Notes: generated from the sequence alone by a model not told the origin. A stretch of DNA of 64,000 bases from an uncultured delta proteobacterium (GCA_963802945.1 CAWDKY010000029.1:128001-192000), one strand, 5' to 3'; numbered from the stretch's first letter, positions 39,209-49,694 are shown. Numbers and translations are program-made.

Positions 39209-39475
39209 ATGAACAAAAAGATTTACATCGCCAATTTATCCTTCCAAACCAGCGAACCTGAGATCAGAGTCCTTTTCTCCAAAGCGGGAGATGTCACCTC
39301 GGTTAAGATCGCCAAAGACAGGCAGACTGGTCAACCAAAAGGTTTTGCCTTCGTGGAGATGTCCACTCAGTGGGAGGCCCGGAGGGCTATCTCCATGCTT
39401 AATCAAACCGAGTTCAAGGGAAATACTTTGTTGGTAAAAGAGGCCATAGTCAGACGTGGCTTCGGTGAAAGATAA
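39209..39475 (+). CDS. RRM-domain RNA-binding protein
   Basis: IYIANL (RNP2), KGFAFVEM (RNP1). Confidence 0.92.
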   Translation: MNKKIYIANLSFQTSEPEIRVLFSKAGDVTSVKIAKDRQTGQPKGFAFVEMSTQWEARRAISMLNQTEFKGNTLLVKEAIVRRGFGER

Positions 39476-39739
39476 TAAACCTCGGTGTAGGAAAAGTCGA
39501 GGGTGCCGAATTTCCTTTGTTGTCCAAGACTTGCAGTAGATGTATACAGCTTCGCCTTGGACGCCTCGGATCTGCAATCTCCGAAACTTTGGCAACATCG
39601 AGATCTGCTTTACAATGTTCCTCATACTATCACTCCCGTGAAAGTGGGAATCAAGGTTGAAAATACAAGATTCCGGATCAAGTTTGATATGAATCTCCTT
39701 GTCGAAAGGCTTGCCCTTGACATTTAAAGGGAAAAAACA

Positions 39740-41326
39740 ATGAAAGTGCTTCTTGTCTACCCCAACTGCCCGGATACCTTCTGGAGTTTCAAGTATGCGC
39801 TGTCCTTCATATCCAAAAGGGCCGTTCAGCCACCACTCGGCCTGCTCACTGTGGCCGCCATGCTTCCTGAAGAATGGGGAAAAAGACTGGTCGATATGAA
39901 TGTTGCCGAGTTAAAAGACCAGGACCTTCAGTGGGCGGATTATGTGTTTATCAGCGCCATGACGGTCCAAAAAAAATCAGCCAAAGAAGTCATTTCCAGG
40001 TGCAAGGCATTGGGCGTTAAAATCGTGGCCGGCGGACCGCTCTTTACCGCTGCCTGCGAAGATTTCCCGGAAGTGGACCATCTGGTGCTCAATGAAGCCG
40101 AGATTACACTTCCTCTCTTTTTAAAAGATTTGGGTGAAGGCCACGCCGAAAATCTTTACACTTCCAAAGCATTTCCGGATTTGGAAAATACCCCGAGCCC
40201 TCTCTGGAAACTGGTTGAGATGAAAAGATATGTCTCCATGAATATTCAATATTCCCGGGGGTGTCCCTTTAGTTGTGAGTTCTGTGATATTACCACCCTT
40301 TTCGGCCACAGGGCTCGAATCAAAAGCGCAAGCCAGGTACTGGATGAATTAGAGACGCTCTATTCGCTTGGCTGGAGGGGCGGCGTCTTTTTTGTGGATG
40401 ATAATTTCATAGGCAATAAGAAGAAACTTAAGGAAGAGGTCTTGCCGGCCATGATCGACTGGATGAAGAAAAGAAAGTACCCCTTTAACTTTGCTACGGA
40501 AGTGTCCATAGATCTCGCCGATGATGAGGAATTGTTAAGACTGATGACCCGGACCGGTTTTGATAATGTTTTTGTCGGCATTGAGACGCCGGACGATCAG
40601 GCCCTGAAGGAATGCCGCAAATTCCAGAACAGAAACCGTGATCTCATCAGCAGTGTGGAAAGAATTCAGAAGTTCGGTTTAAATGTGCGAGGAGGCTTCA
40701 TCGTCGGATTTGATAGTGATTCTCCTGAAATATTTGATAGACAGATCGAATTCATTCAAAAAAGCAAAATTATTACAGCCATGGTGGGTATGCTGAATGC
40801 CCCGCGCGGTAGCCGGCTCTATGAGCGCCTTCAAAAAGAAGGCCGGTTGTTGAAAGAGGTAACCGGAGACAATACTGATTTTTCAACCAATATCATTCCC
40901 AAAATGGGTTACGAAAAGCTGGTCGAGGGATACAGAAAAATAGTCAGCCAAGTCTATTCTCCCAGATTATACTACGAGCGGGTGAAGGTATATCTAAGGG
41001 AGTACCGGCCTCCGGAAAAGAAAAAAATACACTTCCATTTCGGGTACCTCCGCTGGCATTTTTTGTATCTCGCCGCCCCTTTCAAGACCTTTGTATCATT
41101 AGGCATAAAGGATAAGGCCCGGTTCTATTACTGGAAGCTTCTTTTTTGGTCTTTGTTCAGGCGGCCTCAGCTTTTGCCTTTGGCCATAACGTATTCGATT
41201 TATGGATTTCATTTCCGAAAGATATTCAGATTAAATTTCGGGATCGATCCGATCAATCGGGGGGAAAGGGGGACTGGATTTGAACAGCGAAGTCAACCCC
41301 AGTGTCCTGTTAAGGGGAATACATAA
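39740..41326 (+). CDS. B12-binding radical SAM protein with DUF4070-type C-terminus (HpnP-like family)
   Basis: PDTFWSF, PPLGLLTVAA, SRGCPFSCEFC, FVDDNFIG, FIVGFDSD. Confidence 0.88.
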   Translation: MKVLLVYPNCPDTFWSFKYALSFISKRAVQPPLGLLTVAAMLPEEWGKRLVDMNVAELKDQDLQWADYVFISAMTVQKKSAKEVISRCKALGVKIVAGGPLFTAACEDFPEVDHLVLNEAEITLPLFLKDLGEGHAENLYTSKAFPDLENTPSPLWKLVEMKRYVSMNIQYSRGCPFSCEFCDITTLFGHRARIKSASQVLDELETLYSLGWRGGVFFVDDNFIGNKKKLKEEVLPAMIDWMKKRKYPFNFATEVSIDLADDEELLRLMTRTGFDNVFVGIETPDDQALKECRKFQNRNRDLISSVERIQKFGLNVRGGFIVGFDSDSPEIFDRQIEFIQKSKIITAMVGMLNAPRGSRLYERLQKEGRLLKEVTGDNTDFSTNIIPKMGYEKLVEGYRKIVSQVYSPRLYYERVKVYLREYRPPEKKKIHFHFGYLRWHFLYLAAPFKTFVSLGIKDKARFYYWKLLFWSLFRRPQLLPLAITYSIYGFHFRKIFRLNFGIDPINRGERGTGFEQRSQPQCPVKGNT

Positions 41327-41484
41327 CTTCCATGCCTAATTAACGATTTCCGATTGAAATCTTGTCTTTTTTCCAAATAGGAAATTTGACGCTTTCAGGA
41401 AGTACTTCTCAAGTTTCCTCGAACATGGCCGCACCGCACTGAATTCAACGAGTACACTTACAACTATTCTAATTGAAATGTGCA

Positions 41485-41518
41485 TAAAAAAAGGCAGGAC
41501 CATTGCGTCCCTGCCCTA
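41485..41518 (-). terminator. Intrinsic terminator downstream of the acyltransferase
   Basis: GGCAGGGAC-loop-GTCCTGCC followed by a U7 run. Confidence 0.6.
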
Positions 41519-41661
41519 ATAAGTTTATGGTTTCCATAGCCTCTTTTTTCCTGGGATGGATTCGGGAGCCGCAAAAGACTTGAATAACAACTCGCCGGCA
41601 AACACCTTACTTATGCGAACTTGATTCAAAATATCAAAAGCCTGATAGCGAATTGGTTTTT

Positions 41662-42264
41662 TCATGTTTTAGAATAAATAATAGCGGCGCTTGTTTTATC
41701 GGGATATTTGCCCTTAACAGTCAGATAAAAATTACTAATGGTCCGCATGTCTTGATCCAGATCGCCAGTGGGATATATTAGCGGTCCTGCTCCACCGGTT
41801 TTGCTAGCATAATCGAGAAACGCAAGCTGAATGGGAACATGGGCACTAACCGCAATATGATAAAACCCTGATTTCCAGTAACCTGTTTTATGACGGGTGC
41901 CCTCTGGAGTCAGGGCAAGAATAAATTTCTTGCTTTCATTGAAAGTAGATATCATTTGATCCACGATACGGCTTGCTAATGCCCTGTCGATCGGGATGCC
42001 TCCCAGCCACTTCATAAGTGGGGAGAAAGGCCAGCGGAACAATTCTTTTTTTGCTATAAAGCGGACGTCAAGGTTCAACGCGAAGGCCAGGATAATTCCA
42101 TAGAATAAGTCCCAGTTAGATGTGTGTGGTGCAAGAACAATGACATATTTGGCCTGACTGGGTAACGGCCCTTTTTTCTTCCAGCCGAGTATTTTTAAAA
42201 GAAACAGGGAGATACCAAGGAAAAATGCTTTTAAGACCGGTGTATTAAAAATGGTGTAACGCAT
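41662..42264 (-). CDS. Lysophospholipid/glycerol acyltransferase family protein
   Basis: APHTSNWD, GGIPIDR, PEGTR, WKSGFY. Confidence 0.9.
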   Translation of the reverse strand: MRYTIFNTPVLKAFFLGISLFLLKILGWKKKGPLPSQAKYVIVLAPHTSNWDLFYGIILAFALNLDVRFIAKKELFRWPFSPLMKWLGGIPIDRALASRIVDQMISTFNESKKFILALTPEGTRHKTGYWKSGFYHIAVSAHVPIQLAFLDYASKTGGAGPLIYPTGDLDQDMRTISNFYLTVKGKYPDKTSAAIIYSKT

Positions 42265-42439
42265 AACGTTTCACCCCTAATTTTTGATAGAACTTGCTTT
42301 TTGATGGGAAGAGTATAAGGCAAGAAAAGGACTGGGGCAAGGAGAAAAACAGGGCGGAAGAAAAAGGAGCAGGCACTTCAATAAAAAAGGGGGGGAATGT
42401 TCATTCATCCCCCTTCCTTTTTTGATGATTAACGAAAGG

Positions 42440-42643
42440 TTACAGAATCGTCACATTGGCTGCGGCTGGGCCTTTTGGGCCCTGCTCAATATCAAAGCTT
42501 ACCCGCTGGCCTTCTTGCAAGGTTCTAAATCCAGCCATACTGATGGCTGAGTGGTGGATAAAAACGTCTTTATCCTGACCGTCCACATCAATAAAGCCAA
42601 AACCTTTGTTCTCGTTAAACCACTTTACGCTTCCTTCTGCCAT
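42440..42643 (-). CDS. csp: Cold-shock protein
   Basis: [31 protein letters not shown]. Confidence 0.95.
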   Translation of the reverse strand: MAEGSVKWFNENKGFGFIDVDGQDKDVFIHHSAISMAGFRTLQEGQRVSFDIEQGPKGPAAANVTIL

Positions 42644-43246
42644 AGTCTTATCCCTCCTCCTGAATTATTTCTCAAGTTGGGATACGACATGCCAAAAAAA
42701 AAGCATCGAAGATAAATTCTCCGATGCCTGTGCTCACCGAATTGTTCACCAACTTCGACCGTCATTTACACCGTACGGAGTCCATAACGGGTTTCTTGTA
42801 TATAAGATAAGCCCTTTATTCAGATAAGTCAAGTACTCTTTTTCGCCGGCCTCTTTTCGTAAAGTGCGAATGTCAAACCTGAAGGAACAATGCCCATTCT
42901 TTTGGGCTGTTTGTTTCCTCACCAGAGCCCGGAATTTCTTGGGCCACGTCTTTAGCCTCCTCTTCCAGGGATTGGGCCTTGTTTAAGTGGGCGGCTAACG
43001 ATTATCGATTGAAATCTTTTCTTTTTATAAAAATTGAGATTTGAGGAGTTTAGGAAGTTATAATTATTTTCTCTACCAGTTTGCCCATACCAAATGAAGG
43101 CTGTTGGATCTTCCTTTTTCAGGGGTTCATAGTGGATTTGGATATTCAGTCTGCCAGCGACATATTCAATTTGGATCAGAAGTTCATTGTGGGTCAGAGA
43201 TTAAAATAACCATCAACCCACATAATATTCCAATAGTAGGCAATGT

Positions 43247-43453
43247 CTAAACTGGGCTAAGTATACTAAACATTTCTATCACTAAAGGACATGGCGATGT
43301 ATTTTTATCTACGTATTGACATTCTTCCTGATTGCATTTAACAAAATAATCTTTTTTATATTTGAGACCAAAATTAACTTTATTTTTTAGACAAATTTTA
43401 ACATCTTCACTGATCACTTTACAATAATAATCTTGAATGTTTCTTTTTGCCAT
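43247..43453 (-). CDS. Small Cys-rich hypothetical protein
   Basis: 68 aa, five Cys, low GC. Confidence 0.5.
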   Translation of the reverse strand: MAKRNIQDYYCKVISEDVKICLKNKVNFGLKYKKDYFVKCNQEECQYVDKNTSPCPLVIEMFSILSPV

Positions 43454-43621
43454 TTCTTATCCCTAATGAAAGGTTGCCCTTAAAAAAACTTAATAAAATT
43501 ATTTAAATATTTTATCTCTTATCTACTCAAAAGTCAATTGAGTTCAATCCCCGGTAGTGGGTCAGTTTGAAAAGAAGAGCTTTTATTTGCATATCTCATT
43601 CCCCTTGATAGTATATTTATT

Positions 43622-44407
43622 ATGGGGATCGTTTTTACTGTCATCCTTGGCCTTATTCAATTATTTTTGGCCGGATTGGGGGTTTTTGTGTCTCTAAAGC
43701 CCCCACAACCACGATATCATCGTTTATTAATTATTCTTTTTTTATTTTTAGGGATAGGAGGGATTATAATAGGAATATGCCAACAATACCAAAATAATTT
43801 AACATCAGAACAACTGATGGCCAAAATTATTAATATTGATAAAACGGCAGCAGAGATAGCGACAAATATTAAAAATTTTAAACCAAAAGAAACAGAAATC
43901 AGTAAAACTATTATTTCATCCCTAAAAATAAAAAAAGAACCTGAGATCCCAGAAAAATCCAAAGTTACAGAAAAGGAATCTATAAAGGATATTGAAAAAG
44001 GCATAACAGACCTAAAAAGAATGATCGCAGGACAAACATGGGGACTAAATGCGGAACAATTAATTAAATTATCTAAGCGGATGACACCGTTTGCAAAGAC
44101 GGAAGATAGGGGTGATTTAATTTGGTGTGTCTTAGGTGATTCCGACAGTACCAAGTTCGCTGTTAGTTTGGTGGCTGCTTTTAGGACTGCGGGATGGCAA
44201 CTTAAGGGATATTATGGCATGAATCAAGCTCTTTTTCCTGGAAACCCAACCGGAATAATAATAATTCTTAATTCAAAAGATGCAAACCCCGCAGGTGTAC
44301 GAGAGTTGATAATTACTTTGCGAGAATCTGGAATTGAACCAACCGAGGAAATTGATACCGATATTCCTCCCAACCATTTTCGCATCATTGTTGGAAGAAA
44401 GCCTTAG
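43622..44407 (+). CDS. Hypothetical membrane protein (two N-terminal TMs), low GC
   Basis: Long AT-rich ORF; no recognised family. Confidence 0.6.
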   Translation: MGIVFTVILGLIQLFLAGLGVFVSLKPPQPRYHRLLIILFLFLGIGGIIIGICQQYQNNLTSEQLMAKIINIDKTAAEIATNIKNFKPKETEISKTIISSLKIKKEPEIPEKSKVTEKESIKDIEKGITDLKRMIAGQTWGLNAEQLIKLSKRMTPFAKTEDRGDLIWCVLGDSDSTKFAVSLVAAFRTAGWQLKGYYGMNQALFPGNPTGIIIILNSKDANPAGVRELIITLRESGIEPTEEIDTDIPPNHFRIIVGRKP

Positions 44408-44527
44408 GAGAGACTATAATAATCCAATAATATCCTCAATCTCCCAAAGCCGTCACCCCCGCTTCCATTGCCGGAGTGTTCACGCCTCACATACAGCCTT
44501 CCTACCCACCTTAACGTTTTTATCAAC

Positions 44528-44669
44528 TGTAGCCAAAGTGTAACTGTCTTAACCGAAAATAACCCAATGTAACCCAAGCTAATCCAATTTGGTCTCTGTA
44601 ACTGATTGATATTTAAGGAGTTGAAATTTAACGGGAAATCGCCTTAGACAGTTCTTGACTATAAATCCC
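44528..44669. repeat. Direct repeat copy 1 (att site; includes duplicated 3' end of the tRNA methyltransferase gene)
   Basis: Aligns over ~140 bp with 55943-56084; minus strand encodes GIYSQELSKAISR*. Confidence 0.88.
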
Positions 44670-44760
44670 ACGACCCTCACGGTCACGTCGATTGAATTCT
44701 GACCTCCGGTGCCAACAGAAAAAATACAATGGGGTCCTTTGGGGCCCTTGCTTATAGATT

Positions 44761-44960
44761 CTATTGGCTGTTGCGCCTACCATCTTTCAGAATTCCTTCT
44801 TGCTGTCCATGTAATACCGGCCTGTCTTCTAAGTCTATTTTAGGCGCCTGTGCCCATGCTGTGCCTAACTTGTGCCGGTTGTCTTTTGTAATCCGATCTT
44901 GCTCGATAATATTGCCCCTCTCTTGATGGTACTCAACAACTTTTTTGGATGCCTCCCCAG
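44761..44960 (-). pseudogene. Probable tyrosine integrase C-terminal remnant with arm-type repeats
   Basis: EASKKVVEYHQER...HKLGT tail; TGTGCC x3 at exact 11-bp spacing (44849, 44860, 44871) next to the att repeat. Confidence 0.45.
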
Positions 44961-45063
44961 AAACGACTCCGCATAAGCAATACAAGATCAGCTAACTCAA
45001 GAAAATTCTTCCCTAATGGGACTTCGAAAGAATTCATCTGTTGAATACCATATAATTCTAGGT

Positions 45064-46365
45064 TTATTTATTTTTCAGATAGATAGTCTTAAGCTTATCC
45101 AGGCGATCCTTGGAGAAGAAGATGCAGTCCGTTTTTTGGGCCTCACCGGAAGCAATATCTAAGGCCAAGGTTCTGCAATTCGGTGTACCGCACAATCCGC
45201 AGTTAATTCCGGGCAGTGCGGCCAGCACGGTTTCAGCCTCCTGTCTTTTCTTGATACGCTCCTTTAAACTGCCCCCATCTTCTTTGAGTGGTCTTGGCAA
45301 AAGAGGTGCTTTAATGAAAAAATCTTCGTTGGGGTAACGTTTTTGTACTTCCGCTTCGATCCACGGATCCCTTCCGGGAAGTTCGGTAATCAAACGTTGT
45401 AGCTTGTTGACCGAAGCGTAGAAATTATCAACGGTCAGGTTCCCATTGATACATCCGGCCCAGCAGCTATAGCATTCCATGAAGTCTATGTTGCGCAGTT
45501 TCCCCTTTTCTATATCGTCGAAGACGCGAATGATATTCGACAAGCCGGTTAAAGAAAGATAACGATAGCCGTGAAGATTATCGAGTTGCCCTCTGGACAG
45601 TGACCACTGGAGCATCTGCCTGTCGAGATGAAAATCCTTTGATCGAAGCGTTTGATCGTTTTCCTTATGGGCATAGGTTGCCTCCAAAATGCCGTTGTAG
45701 ACATCGTGAAAAGAGATCGCCCCATCCAGATTGCTTTTAACTCCCTCGGCCGGGGTAAAAATAGACATGGTTTTCGCTTGACAGGAAGTTATATAGATGG
45801 CCGCCACCTCATCTTGGCTGATGCCCAGCTTGTCAGCGTATCTTAACTTTACCTCTCGGCCGGCGAGTTCACGGGGCGGCAGGATGGGGATAAGTTGTTC
45901 GACCATCTCAGGATAGGAGACTTGGATCAGCCTGACGACAACCGGGCAGGAGCTTGATATCAGGGGAAGGCGGCCTTTCCATTTTTCCACATAATCCCGA
46001 ATGGCCCGATTAATAAGGGCTACTTCGACCGCGAATGGCCAGACGGCATCAAAGCCGAGAGATTTGAGGCCCTCAACAATATGAGCGGGCGATACACCTG
46101 GTGGGAACTGGCCGAAGAGAACAGGCGAGGGGACAGCGACTTTATATTTGAAATCCCAGACTTCCTTTAGAGGGCGCGTTGCCGCCGATATCGCCCCGGA
46201 AGGGCAGGCCTTCAGGCAGGAGCCGCAATCAATACACAGTTCCGATAAAAGACTGGCCTTGCCTTCTTTGACCCGGATTGCCTGGGTAGGACAGACCCGC
46301 ATACAGGCCAGCTTACCTTGGCATTGGTTATAATCAATATTGAAGCTGTAGCTCTTTTCAGACAT
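45064..46365 (-). CDS. [FeFe]-hydrogenase-like putative sensory protein (group C/D-like) with ferredoxin and C-terminal FeS domains
   Basis: N-terminal 2x[4Fe-4S]; SSSCP, TSCQAK, ECYSCWAGCING H-cluster-like motifs; LPGINCGLCGTPNC. Confidence 0.85.
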   Translation of the reverse strand: MSEKSYSFNIDYNQCQGKLACMRVCPTQAIRVKEGKASLLSELCIDCGSCLKACPSGAISAATRPLKEVWDFKYKVAVPSPVLFGQFPPGVSPAHIVEGLKSLGFDAVWPFAVEVALINRAIRDYVEKWKGRLPLISSSCPVVVRLIQVSYPEMVEQLIPILPPRELAGREVKLRYADKLGISQDEVAAIYITSCQAKTMSIFTPAEGVKSNLDGAISFHDVYNGILEATYAHKENDQTLRSKDFHLDRQMLQWSLSRGQLDNLHGYRYLSLTGLSNIIRVFDDIEKGKLRNIDFMECYSCWAGCINGNLTVDNFYASVNKLQRLITELPGRDPWIEAEVQKRYPNEDFFIKAPLLPRPLKEDGGSLKERIKKRQEAETVLAALPGINCGLCGTPNCRTLALDIASGEAQKTDCIFFSKDRLDKLKTIYLKNK

Positions 46366-46795
46366 TCAGATTGTGCCTAATACGGGCCGAAAGCGTCGTT
46401 CCTTCCCCTACAGAGGATTCGATGATTAAATGGTCCGCATTCTTCCTAATGTTGGGCAATCCCATTCCAAAGCCAAAGCCCATCTCCCGCATCTCATCCG
46501 AGGCAGTCGAATAGCCTTCCTGCATGGCCTGGTCGATATCGGCTATGCCCGGACCTTTATCGGCAATTTCCAGATCGATTTCTTCGTCGGTGATGATAAA
46601 ATTCAGGGTTGCGGACTTGGCATACATGACGACATTCATCTCAGCCTCAAAGGCCACCACAACCGTCCGGCGTATGATGCCGGGATCGATATTGAGCCCT
46701 TTGAGTATTTCTTTTATTTCCGTCGAGGCCTCTCCTGCTCCATCAAAATTGCGGCCGTAAATCTTGAAAGCCTTTCTGAACAATTCTTCGGCCAT
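46358..46795 (-). CDS. RsbT-like anti-sigma regulatory Ser/Thr kinase (HATPase_c)
   Basis: EAEMNVVMYA, DKGPGI, GYSTA, GFGFGMGLPN, GEGT. Confidence 0.88.
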   Translation of the reverse strand: MAEELFRKAFKIYGRNFDGAGEASTEIKEILKGLNIDPGIIRRTVVVAFEAEMNVVMYAKSATLNFIITDEEIDLEIADKGPGIADIDQAMQEGYSTASDEMREMGFGFGMGLPNIRKNADHLIIESSVGEGTTLSARIRHNLNV

Positions 46796-46797
46796 GA

Positions 46798-47142
46798 CTA
46801 CATGGCCCCTTTCAGGCCATGTTCGCGCAAGATGCCGCAAACGTCGAACATCCCCAGCTCGGTCGCCAGGACGGGTATTCCCTTTTGCTGGGCAAAGTTG
46901 ATGGTCTTCTCATTCGGCCGCTTTCCGCGGATATAGACTATGGCTCGAACATCAGCCACATCAGCCGTCCTGACCGACTGGATATTGGTCAGACCGGTGA
47001 TCATCAGCGCCCCCGGGCAGTAAAAGGCTAAAATTTCACTCATCCCATCGGAGGCCACGACGCTATCTACTTCAAAGGACAGATCCGGATCGGGCGTCAG
47101 CAGTTCGCATTGTAAAATTCTTTTGATTTCTTTGAGCTTCAT
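46798..47142 (-). CDS. DRTGG-domain protein
   Basis: ASDGMSEILAF, LMITGLTNIQSVRTA, RGKRP. Confidence 0.85.
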   Translation of the reverse strand: MKLKEIKRILQCELLTPDPDLSFEVDSVVASDGMSEILAFYCPGALMITGLTNIQSVRTADVADVRAIVYIRGKRPNEKTINFAQQKGIPVLATELGMFDVCGILREHGLKGAM

Positions 47143-47158
47143 CTTGTCTTCGGCTTCT

Positions 47159-48553
47159 TCAGATTTTTAAAAGGGTTTCGTGTATCGATTTGGCCGCCTT
47201 CCTTCCGGCACCCATGGCACTGATAACCGTGGCTGCCCCGGTGACCACGTCGCCTCCGGCCCAAATTCTGTCGCGCGAGGTCTTTCCGGTCGCTTCATCG
47301 GCTTCAATATTCCCTTTCTTACCGACGGCCAGGCCCGGTGTGGTCATGGGAATCAGTGGATTCGGGCTGTTGCCGATAGCACAAACGACGGCATCGGCCT
47401 TCATTCTGAATTCAGAACCTATGATGGGTACAGGGCTCCGGCGTCCCGAAGCATCCGTTTCACCGAGTTCCATTTTTTGGCACTCGATTTCGGTCAGCCA
47501 GCCTTGCTCGTTACCGATAAGTCTTAAAGGTAAAGTCAGGAAGTCGAAAATAACCCCTTCTTCTTCGGCATTCTCCACTTCTTCCAGCCTGGCCGGTAAC
47601 TCTTCACGACTTCGACGATAGACGATGTGGGCTTCGTCCGCCCCCAGTCGTAAGGCGGTCCTGGCCGAGTCCATGGCCACGTTCCCGCCGCCGAAGACCG
47701 CCACTCTGGTCGGGCGCTTCATCGGGGTGTCACTGGCCGGAAACCGATAACCCTTCATCAGATTGCAGCGGGTAAGATACTCATTGGCCGAGTAGACGCC
47801 GTTCAGGTTTTCTCCCGGTATCCCCATAAACCAGGGCAGACCGGCTCCGGCTCCGATAAAGATGGCCTCGAACTCTTGTAGCAGGCTTTCGATCGTTCTG
47901 GTCTTGCCGATGATATAGTCCAGATAGAGTTTTACCCCCAGGCTTTTGACATATTCAACTTCGCGTTTGACAATGGCTTTCGGCAGCCGAAATTCAGGAA
48001 TGCCGTAAGTCAAGACGCCGCCCGCTTCGTGAAGGGCTTCATAGATATTGATTTCGTACCCGAGCAGCGCCAGATCATTGGCTACGGTAATGCCCGACGG
48101 GCCGGAACCGACTACGGCGATTTTTTTGCCGTTGAGAGGGGCCATTTCGGGTCTTTCACTCTTTCCATCAGCCGCTTCACGGTCCGATAAGAAGCGTTCA
48201 AGGCGTCCTATGGACACTGCCCCGCCCTTTTTGCCCAGAACACAACGACGCTCACACTGCTCTTCCTGCGGACAGACACGGCCGCAGACGGCAGGAAGGG
48301 CGTTCGTTTCTTTGATTTTTTTTATACCACCAATATAATCCCCTTCAACGATACAGTGGATAAAAGCCGGAATATTGATCCCCACCGGACAACCTTGACT
48401 GCACATGGGTTTTTTACAGTTCAGGCAGCGGCCCGCTTCTTCACGGGCCAGGACATCCGTATAACCCAGGGCAACCTCATCGAAATTTCTAATGCGTTCG
48501 AAAGGCTCCTGCTTCGGCATGTCCCGACGTTTATAATCGATCTCTTTGGCCAA
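47159..48553 (-). CDS. nfnB: NADH-dependent ferredoxin:NADP+ oxidoreductase large subunit (NfnB/SudA; GltD-like)
   Basis: RCLNC..P.C..GCP, CGRVCPQEEQC, GSGPSG, YGIPEFRLPK, GGGNVAMD. Confidence 0.9.
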   Translation of the reverse strand: MAKEIDYKRRDMPKQEPFERIRNFDEVALGYTDVLAREEAGRCLNCKKPMCSQGCPVGINIPAFIHCIVEGDYIGGIKKIKETNALPAVCGRVCPQEEQCERRCVLGKKGGAVSIGRLERFLSDREAADGKSERPEMAPLNGKKIAVVGSGPSGITVANDLALLGYEINIYEALHEAGGVLTYGIPEFRLPKAIVKREVEYVKSLGVKLYLDYIIGKTRTIESLLQEFEAIFIGAGAGLPWFMGIPGENLNGVYSANEYLTRCNLMKGYRFPASDTPMKRPTRVAVFGGGNVAMDSARTALRLGADEAHIVYRRSREELPARLEEVENAEEEGVIFDFLTLPLRLIGNEQGWLTEIECQKMELGETDASGRRSPVPIIGSEFRMKADAVVCAIGNSPNPLIPMTTPGLAVGKKGNIEADEATGKTSRDRIWAGGDVVTGAATVISAMGAGRKAAKSIHETLLKI

Positions 48554-48623
48554 CGCGCTCTACCTCCAAAATTAAAATGAGGGCTTGGAAATCAGTTCGA
48601 TCCTACAATTTTTCAATAAGGTA

Positions 48624-49457
48624 TCAAAAGTGAGAAGCGCAACCGCTTTTGCGTAACGGATGAACTTCTTCGGGATTGTAAGTCCGACGCCTATTCAGAA
48701 ATTCATCCCAGTCGACTTCATGACCGTCAAAGTCAGGACCGTCGACGCAGGCAAACTTGGTCTTACCGCCAACCGTAAGCCGGCAGACTCCGCACATCCC
48801 GGTCCCGTCGATCATGATGGGATTCATATTGACCATGGTCTTGATGCCCATCGGCTTGGTGACCTGCGAGACCTTCATCATCTGGAAAGTGCACCCGTTG
48901 ACGATGACCCGATCCGGCTTGATTTTTTCCAGGGTCAGTATCTCGGGCAGCCGGTTGAGATGCCCTTTGTACCCGGCCGTACCGTCACGGACGATCTCAA
49001 TCACCCGGTCCGAAACCGCTTTAAACCGATCCTGCCAATAAAGAAGATAGGAACTACGCGCCTCCAGGAGGGTATAAACCGTATTCCCCCTCTCCTTCAA
49101 GGCGCGGGCAATGGGATAAATACTTCCGATGCCGTAACAACCGCCGATGCAAAGCACGGTTCCGAAGTGATTGATTTCCGTCTCTCGACCGAGAGGTCCG
49201 GCATAAGTGGGAATCTCGTCACCGGGTTTGAGTCTGGCCAACTTGGCGGTTGATGCCCCTACTTGCATGAATATGCTGGTTACTAGGCCGGTTTCTTTAT
49301 CCCAATCGGCAACGGAAAGAGGAATGCGCTCACCGTTTTCATCCGGCCGGACTATGACGAAATTGCCCGGACGAATGGATCCGGCGACGTCCGGTGCTTC
49401 GATTGTAAATTCGTGCAGGTTGGGAACGATCATCCGGCGTTCGATTACTCGATACAT
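48624..49457 (-). CDS. nfnA: Nfn small subunit (NfnA/SudB)
   Basis: GERIPLS, GPLG, PIMIDGTGMCGVCR, FACVDGPDFDGH. Confidence 0.9.
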   Translation of the reverse strand: MYRVIERRMIVPNLHEFTIEAPDVAGSIRPGNFVIVRPDENGERIPLSVADWDKETGLVTSIFMQVGASTAKLARLKPGDEIPTYAGPLGRETEINHFGTVLCIGGCYGIGSIYPIARALKERGNTVYTLLEARSSYLLYWQDRFKAVSDRVIEIVRDGTAGYKGHLNRLPEILTLEKIKPDRVIVNGCTFQMMKVSQVTKPMGIKTMVNMNPIMIDGTGMCGVCRLTVGGKTKFACVDGPDFDGHEVDWDEFLNRRRTYNPEEVHPLRKSGCASHF

Positions 49458-49528
49458 CTTTTACCTTCCCCAAATGGTTTACAAATTAATAAGGGGCTTG
49501 GCTGAAAGCCCACTTCTTTGCAAATTAC

Positions 49529-49597
49529 GTCATGCCGGACTTGATCCGGCATCCAGGGATTTGGGTTTTTCTGGACCCCGGCTTTCGCCGGGGTGAC
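49529..49597. repeat. REP-like double-hairpin repeat (GTCAT...CCAG / CTGG...TGAC)
   Basis: Related copies at 28269-28295, 58257-58356 and 61379-61443. Confidence 0.7.
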
Positions 49598-49694
49598 GGC
49601 AATACATGATCTGAAAAATTTAGGCCTGGTTTACATCGTTCTTTTAAGGTCCCCGTAGGGCGGACAAATTAAACCCCGGTCCTATCGGGGCCAA

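Noticed and set aside
41495-41515. GGGACGCAA resembling a c-di-GMP-I riboswitch element
   Set aside because: The other conserved elements are absent; it is part of a simple terminator hairpin.
43553-43572. GGTAGTGGGTCAGTTTGAAA, possible IS terminal repeat
   Set aside because: No partner inverted end or transposase visible; too weak to call.
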